Shown here in pieces: positions 58,495 to 64,000 of a stretch of DNA of 64,000 nt. The notes under the pieces are model-generated. The model was not told the DNA's origin and did not search any database. It was given only the letters and a program-made list of their open reading frames with translations. The translations under genes and the position numbers were made by a program. Source of the DNA: an uncultured Desulfarculus sp. (GTDB taxonomy: Bacteria; Desulfobacterota; Desulfarculia; Desulfarculales; Desulfarculaceae); the NCBI GenBank assembly GCA_963665125.2, contig CAXXUK010000001.1, positions 1,024,001 through 1,088,000 on the forward strand, in the 5' to 3' direction. The stretch's first letter is position 1; the number at the start of each line of letters is the position of its first letter.

Positions 58495-59372
58495 TTAAAT
58501 CCATGACAGGATATGGCCGGGGCCAAACGGCGGTGGCCGACGGCCAGTGGATCGTCGAATTCCGTACGGTCAATTCCCGCTTTTTGGATGTTCACCTGCG
58601 GGCCCCGTCGGGCATTCTGGCCCTGGAGGACCGCATCAAGAAGGCCATCGGCGCCCGGATAAGCCGGGGCCGGGTGAATATCAGCATCACGGCCAGCGGA
58701 GCTGTCGAGGCCACCCCCAAGCTGGTGCTCAACAAACCCCTGTTTGACCAATACAGGGAGGTTGTCCGGCAGGTCGAAACCGAGCTGGGCATGGACAGGC
58801 CGGTGGGCGCCTGGCCCTATCTCAACTACCGCGACATGATCCTTACCGAGGAACAAACGCCCGACCTGGACAATACCTGGAGCCAGCTCGAACCGGCGAT
58901 AAACATGGCCCTGGACGAGGCCGAGCAAATGCGCGTCGCCGAGGGAGAGTCGCTCAAACAGGACTTCATCACCAGGCTGGAGAGGCTGGACGGCCTGTTC
59001 AAGGAAGTGGCCAAGCGTTCGCCGGAAATCGTGGAAAACTACCGCCAACGCTTGTTGGAGCGGGTGGCCAAGCTGATGAACGGCGACATGGAGCCCGACC
59101 CGGAGCGCCTGGCCACCGAAGTGGCCATTATCGCCGACAAATGCGACGTAACCGAAGAGGCGGTCCGGGCCCAAAGCCATTTGGAGCAGTTCCAGACCTT
59201 TTTGGCGGACGCAGAGCCCGTGGGACGCAAGCTTGATTTCCTGCTTCAGGAACTCAACCGCGAGGCCAACACCATGGGCTCCAAGAGCCCCGACGCCGCG
59301 GCCAGCAGCGTCGTGGTGGAGATCAAAGCCGAATTGGAGCGCCTGCGGGAGCAGGTTCAGAATATCGAGTAG
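58491..59372 (+). CDS. yicC: YicC/YloC endoribonuclease
   Basis: [38 protein letters not shown]. Confidence 0.96.
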   Translation: MIKSMTGYGRGQTAVADGQWIVEFRTVNSRFLDVHLRAPSGILALEDRIKKAIGARISRGRVNISITASGAVEATPKLVLNKPLFDQYREVVRQVETELGMDRPVGAWPYLNYRDMILTEEQTPDLDNTWSQLEPAINMALDEAEQMRVAEGESLKQDFITRLERLDGLFKEVAKRSPEIVENYRQRLLERVAKLMNGDMEPDPERLATEVAIIADKCDVTEEAVRAQSHLEQFQTFLADAEPVGRKLDFLLQELNREANTMGSKSPDAAASSVVVEIKAELERLREQVQNIE

Positions 59373-59379
59373 GGGACCA

Positions 59380-59664
59380 ATGCCCAACAAACTGATGAAC
59401 CTGGGATTTGGCAACGCCGTGGTGGCCCGGCGGGTGGTGGCAATATTGAGCCCCAACAGCGCGCCCATGAAACGGTTGCGCGAGGAGGCGCGCCAGGCCG
59501 ACAAGCTCCTGGACGCGACCCAGGGACGCCGCACCCGCTCCATTATCATCACCGACACAGGACATGTGATTCTTAGCGCCATCCAGACCGAGACCATGGC
59601 CCAGCGCTACGAAAACACCTCTTGGGACGGCCACAACCTTCCCCTCGATGTGGAAGAGTCCTGA
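59380..59664 (+). CDS. remA: RemA/DUF370-family protein
   Basis: [29 protein letters not shown]. Confidence 0.92.
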   Translation: MPNKLMNLGFGNAVVARRVVAILSPNSAPMKRLREEARQADKLLDATQGRRTRSIIITDTGHVILSAIQTETMAQRYENTSWDGHNLPLDVEES

Positions 59665-59665
59665 T

Positions 59666-60274
59666 ATGAGCGACCATGGGCAGATATTCGTTCTTTCCGG
59701 ACCGCCGGGGGCGGGCAAATCAACGGCCGGGGCCAAAGTGCGCGAGCATATGACGGACTTGGCCTACTCGGTCAGCTATACTACCAGGGATCCAAGGCCG
59801 GGCGAACAGGACGGGGTTGATTATCATTTCGTCACCCGCGACGAGTTTGAAAAGCGCCGGACCTCCGGCGATATACTGGAGTACGTGGAGATCTTCGGTA
59901 ACCTATACGGCACCTCGGCCCAGGTCATCGAAGAGACCGTGAACCAGGGGCATGATTTGTTTCTCGACACCGATGTCAACGGCGGCGCGGCCCTGCGCGA
60001 GCGCTACCCCGAAGGCGTGTTCATCTTCATCGTGCCGCCTTCCCGGGCCGAGCTTGAGCGCAGGCTGCGGGACCGGGGCACCGAGACCGAGGACAACATC
60101 CGCCAGCGCCTGGACCGGGTGGCCTATGAAATAGGCGCGGCAAAAAACTACACCCATCTGGTGTTCAACGATGATCTTGATGAAGCAGTGGCCCAGATCG
60201 AGGCCATCATCAAGACCGACCGCCTGCGCACATCCCGCCAGATGGCGGCACTGCGCAAGGAATGGGGCATCTGA
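59666..60274 (+). CDS. gmk: Guanylate kinase
   Basis: GPPGAGKST, SYTTRDPRPGE, DYHF, YGT. Confidence 0.96.
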   Translation: MSDHGQIFVLSGPPGAGKSTAGAKVREHMTDLAYSVSYTTRDPRPGEQDGVDYHFVTRDEFEKRRTSGDILEYVEIFGNLYGTSAQVIEETVNQGHDLFLDTDVNGGAALRERYPEGVFIFIVPPSRAELERRLRDRGTETEDNIRQRLDRVAYEIGAAKNYTHLVFNDDLDEAVAQIEAIIKTDRLRTSRQMAALRKEWGI

Positions 60275-61042
60275 TTGACCGTCAATGATGATCAGCTGGT
60301 GGTGGGCCGCCATGCGGTGCAGGAATTTCTGGAGCAGTCGCCCCACAATGCCGTCGAACTGGTGGTGGCCTCCGGCGTAAAGCCCCAGTCCATCGGCAAA
60401 ATGCTGGATTTGGCCAAAAAACACGGCATCAAGGTTCGTTACGCCGGGCGCAAGCAACTGGACCAACTGGCCTCCGATGGCGCCGTGCACCAGGGACTGG
60501 TTCTGCGCACCTCCGGCGGGGCGGCCTACACCGATTGGCAGGATTTCTGCGACATTGTCCAGCAACAGGGCCGGGAGGCCCTGGTCGTGGTGGCCGACCA
60601 TGTCCAGGACCCGCACAATCTGGGGGCGATCATCCGTTCCTCGGCAGCGGCCGGGGCCTGCGGGGTGGTCATCCCCAAGGATCGGGCCTGCCAGCTGACC
60701 CCGGCGGTGATGAAGGCCTCGGCAGGGACTACCAGCCGCATCGCAGTATGCCGGGTGGCAAACCTGGGTCAGGCCGTCGATGAACTAAAGAAAATGGGGC
60801 TGTGGGCGGCGGCGGCGGCCACCAGGGGCGGCGAATCGCCTTGGGATATGGACCTAACTGGGCCGCTGGCTCTGGTGGTGGGCGGCGAACACAAGGGCGT
60901 ATCCCAGAAAATGGCGGAGCGCTGCGACTACCTGGCCACCTTCCCCCTGGCGCCGGGCGTGGAAAGCCTCAACGCCTCGGTGGCGGCGGCGGTGCTGCTT
61001 TTCGAGGTTGTGCGTCAACGGGCCGGGACGGCTGCTTCCTGA
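60275..61042 (+). CDS. rlmB: 23S rRNA Gm2251 methyltransferase (SpoU family)
   Basis: HQG, DPHNLGAIIRS, KASAG, ESLNASVA. Confidence 0.93.
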   Translation: MTVNDDQLVVGRHAVQEFLEQSPHNAVELVVASGVKPQSIGKMLDLAKKHGIKVRYAGRKQLDQLASDGAVHQGLVLRTSGGAAYTDWQDFCDIVQQQGREALVVVADHVQDPHNLGAIIRSSAAAGACGVVIPKDRACQLTPAVMKASAGTTSRIAVCRVANLGQAVDELKKMGLWAAAAATRGGESPWDMDLTGPLALVVGGEHKGVSQKMAERCDYLATFPLAPGVESLNASVAAAVLLFEVVRQRAGTAAS

Positions 61043-62463
61043 TTCCGCTTGGGGCTGTTGTCAAAGGCCCCCTTGATAAAGGCCGAAGGGTAGTTGCCGA
61101 AGGGAACAACAGCAGAGTTCATCTCGATGATCACGAAGTCCTTGTTGAATATCCGCTTGTCCCAATCCATGTTCCAGACATCCAGCGTGGTCTTTTCCTC
61201 GGCCGGTTTGCCTGCCTCGTAGCGCCTGAAAAAGGTGTGATAGTAGTAGTAAAAATCCATCTGGTTGAACACTCCGTATTTGTGCATCAAATCCAGGATG
61301 ATCCAATTGAAGCTGCCGCCGACCAATGCCAGGCTTCCGGTGAACGTGCTTTCGTCCCTGACGGGAGTGACCTTTGGATGGGGGCTGGCAAAGTCATAGG
61401 GCTGGTAATAGAGGTTCAACAGTTCGGCCAGGTCGCGGTCATAGCCGGTGGGGCTGTTGTCGACCGCCACGTCGTCCAGCCGCAGCTTGACCAGCTTTTT
61501 GCCGCTGATCCGCTCAAGCTCGGCCAGCATGCCTTGCAGGGAATACACCGCGCCCAGGTCGTTCCAGTGGGTGCCGCCCTGGCAAAACAACGGTATGGGC
61601 TGTTTCTTGCGCCAGGCGTCCATGGCCTCTTGGGCGTCGTAAAAATTCACGCCGTATTTTTTCAGAAAAGGCAGCAGGATTTGCCGGTTGAGCTTGCCCG
61701 GCCTGCGGGACCGCTGGAACTGGTCGGGGATGTATTCCGGGTAGGTGGCGGCCTTGTTGGGGCTGATCAACAACAGAAAGCTTATGCCGCGTCCGGCCAG
61801 CAGATCCTGCAAGTCCCGGAGTTGTTTGGCGTAGATGTCGGCAAGGTCCGGCTGGGTCTGGTCGGCGATATCGTAATAAAACAGGATGTAGTTTTCTTCG
61901 TATAGCTGGCGCTTTTTGCCAACCACGATGGCCTTGTCATACATGTATGAGGTGTCGAACAGGTCATAAAAGAGCTGATTGTTGAGCTTAATGAACAAGG
62001 GGCGCAGGGCGAAATTCTCATTGAAATAATTGCTGAACTTTTCCTGATACTTGCCCGCGAACAGACCCTCCGCGCTGGCCAGGGGCTCATCCTTGGCGAT
62101 GTAGACGCCGTAGAGCTTTTTAAGGTCGTATTGGTCATAGCGCCAGCCGAACCATTCCTGGGCCGCGCCGGTCAACAGCGGCATGGCGAACAGGACCAGG
62201 CAACTGAGGGCCAACACAAACCGCAGAGCCCCGGCCGGCCTTCCGGGCCGGTCCACGATCGCGTCATTGCGGCTCAAGATGCCGGGGGCGTATTTTTCCA
62301 ATCCCAGGTGAATAACGAAAAACGCCGCGAAGCCGATGACGCAGGCCAGGAGACATTTCAGCGGGGCAAACGGCGCGGGGTAGTGCAGAACGATCTTGAC
62401 GCAATAGGCCAAAAGGGCCAGCCACAGACCGAGCAGGGCGAATTTTATGCGTGAAATTCTCAT
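61015..62463 (-). CDS. AlgJ/AlgX-like SGNH O-acetyltransferase
   Basis: N-terminal TMs; PNKATYPEYIP; THWN; LVGGSF; adjacent to an MBOAT gene. Confidence 0.75.
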   Translation of the reverse strand: MRISRIKFALLGLWLALLAYCVKIVLHYPAPFAPLKCLLACVIGFAAFFVIHLGLEKYAPGILSRNDAIVDRPGRPAGALRFVLALSCLVLFAMPLLTGAAQEWFGWRYDQYDLKKLYGVYIAKDEPLASAEGLFAGKYQEKFSNYFNENFALRPLFIKLNNQLFYDLFDTSYMYDKAIVVGKKRQLYEENYILFYYDIADQTQPDLADIYAKQLRDLQDLLAGRGISFLLLISPNKAATYPEYIPDQFQRSRRPGKLNRQILLPFLKKYGVNFYDAQEAMDAWRKKQPIPLFCQGGTHWNDLGAVYSLQGMLAELERISGKKLVKLRLDDVAVDNSPTGYDRDLAELLNLYYQPYDFASPHPKVTPVRDESTFTGSLALVGGSFNWIILDLMHKYGVFNQMDFYYYYHTFFRRYEAGKPAEEKTTLDVWNMDWDKRIFNKDFVIIEMNSAVVPFGNYPSAFIKGAFDNSPKRNQEAAVPAR

Positions 62464-62472
62464 GCTTCGCCC

Positions 62473-63885
62473 CTAAAACCTGAAGTATATGAACGGGTTG
62501 AAGGTTAGGGTCGACATCTTGCCGATGGCCAGCACCAACAAGACGAACGCGCCGCCCAGGGCCGCTTCCTGGCGGTAGGCCCAGCGCCGCCAGCCTTCCA
62601 GCCAGGCCCAGGGCCGGTTGAAGGACGGGACGAATGATATGGCCAGGGCCAGGGCCAGGAAAAAGAACACATTGCTGGTGATGTACTTGAACGCCGGAGG
62701 ATCGGCGGCCTGACCCAACATGGCCGACAGATAGGCCCAGAGGTGCCCGATGCTTTCGGCCCGGAATACGGTCCAGCCGATGACCACGAAAAAGAAGGTC
62801 ACGGCTATGTTGAAGGCCTTGGGCAGCTTATGGCTGGCCTCGGTCCAGAAAAGGCGGTCCAGGACCAGAAAAACGCCGTGGTAGGCGCCCCAGATTACAA
62901 AGGTCCAGTTAGCGCCGTGCCATAGGCCCGAAAGCAGGAAGCAGAACCACAGGTTGAAATACAGACGCCCGGTGGATACGCGGTTGCCGCCCAGGGGGAT
63001 ATAGAGGTAGTCGCGAATCCACGAAGACAGCGAAATGTGCCAGCGCCGCCAGAACTCGCTGAAGCTCTGGGAGATGTAGGGCATGTTGAAGTTTTCCAGC
63101 AAGCGGAAACCCATCATCCGGGCCAGGCCGATGGCCATGTCGCTGTAGCCGGAAAAATCGAAATATATCTGGAATGTGAAGCAGATCACGCCCAGCCAGG
63201 CGTAGTAGGGTCCCAGGGAGACCGGGTCCGCGCCAAAGGAAAAGTCGGCTATTTCGGCCATGGTGTCGGCGATCAGCACCTTTTTGGCCAGGCCCACGGC
63301 AAAGCGCACCACACCGTGGACGATGTTGTCGAAGTTGTGCTCCCGGTTGCGGAGCTGGTCGGCGATATCGTGGTATTTGATGATGGGCCCCGCCAGCAGC
63401 TTGGGGAAAAAGAACACGTAGAGCAGGTAGTTGGCGAAGTTGCGCGAGGGCCGGCCCACGCCCCGGTAGACATCCACCAGGTAGGTGATTTTTTCGAATA
63501 CGATGAAAGAAACGCCGATGGGCAGGGCTATCTTGGTCAGCACAAAGGGGTTGAGCCCGAGCTTGGCCATTATCGCGCCGATGCTCGCGGCAAAGAAGTT
63601 GACGTATTTGAAATAGAACAGGATGCCGACGTTGCTGATTACGCCCAGGGCCACGCACCACTTGCGGGTGGTCTGCTTGCGGGCCCGGCCCATGAAGCGC
63701 ACCACGATCCAGTCAAAGGCCGTGGAAACAAGGGCCACGAAGACAAAGCTGGGTTCGCCCCAGAAATAAAAGGCCAGGCTGAAGGCGATGAGCACATAGT
63801 TTTTGGCCCTGCCCGGAGCCAGGTAATAACAGCTCAGGGCCAGCGGCAGGAATAAAAACAGGAATATCGGTGAACTGAATATCAT
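62473..63885 (-). CDS. AlgI/PatA-like MBOAT O-acyltransferase
   Basis: LPIGVSF, QIYFDFSGYSDMAIG, ENFNMPY, FWRRWHISLS, GLWHGA. Confidence 0.95.
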   Translation of the reverse strand: MIFSSPIFLFLFLPLALSCYYLAPGRAKNYVLIAFSLAFYFWGEPSFVFVALVSTAFDWIVVRFMGRARKQTTRKWCVALGVISNVGILFYFKYVNFFAASIGAIMAKLGLNPFVLTKIALPIGVSFIVFEKITYLVDVYRGVGRPSRNFANYLLYVFFFPKLLAGPIIKYHDIADQLRNREHNFDNIVHGVVRFAVGLAKKVLIADTMAEIADFSFGADPVSLGPYYAWLGVICFTFQIYFDFSGYSDMAIGLARMMGFRLLENFNMPYISQSFSEFWRRWHISLSSWIRDYLYIPLGGNRVSTGRLYFNLWFCFLLSGLWHGANWTFVIWGAYHGVFLVLDRLFWTEASHKLPKAFNIAVTFFFVVIGWTVFRAESIGHLWAYLSAMLGQAADPPAFKYITSNVFFFLALALAISFVPSFNRPWAWLEGWRRWAYRQEAALGGAFVLLVLAIGKMSTLTFNPFIYFRF

Positions 63886-63934
63886 TGGGCAGTGGGCACC
63901 CCGGCCTGGTTAGTACAACTGAATCAGCTGCTGG

Positions 63935-63963
63935 ATACTAGAGCAAGTGCTTGAAATTGTCAA
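63935..63963 (-). promoter_or_regulatory. Sigma70 promoter of the MBOAT operon
   Basis: TTGACA-N17-TAGTAT on the minus strand. Confidence 0.65.
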
Positions 63964-64000
63964 CAAATATACTCTGATATGAGTTGCCGCCAAAGATGTT

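Noticed and set aside
1..64000. Mobile elements, CRISPR arrays, tRNA/rRNA, recoding or frameshifted genes
   Set aside because: None recognised by eye; gene density is high and reading frames look intact. tRNAscan, Infernal and repeat finders would be needed to exclude them formally.

Overview
GC-rich bacterial chromosomal segment, most likely from an anaerobic Desulfobacterota/deltaproteobacterium. This is inferred from the PxxKW Cys-rich protein, the DUF4416-yicC-remA-gmk block and a non-Cys Thi4. No mobile element, rRNA, tRNA or CRISPR array was recognised. Four blocks: (1) 0.7-18.1 kb: a CHASE4-type kinase, a hybrid PAS kinase and a sigma54 enhancer-binding regulator, followed by a perfect sigma54 promoter and a Tad/Flp pilus operon. 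Its 57-aa Flp pilin is absent from the ORF track, and it carries an HDOD gene and a TPR-SPOR lipoprotein. The same AATTAC-N6-GTAAT palindrome lies upstream of both the kinase operon and the sigma54 promoter. (2) 18.2-21.4 kb: TPP-riboswitch-controlled non-Cys thi4, a PilZ protein, an aspartate aminotransferase and a PxxKW protein. (3) 21.7-61.0 kb: 38 co-directional genes forming an outer-membrane/LPS super-cluster (lysS-lolC/E-lolD-bamA-skp-lpxD-fabZ-lpxA-lpxI-gnnA-like-lpxB-msbA-PAP2-arnT x2-arnC-arnD-waaA-lpxK-lpxL-core transferases-hldA-waaL-ugd, then yicC-remA-gmk-rlmB). (4) 61-64 kb: a convergent AlgI-like MBOAT plus AlgJ/X-like acetyltransferase pair. All calls come from reading motifs by eye; no searches were run.
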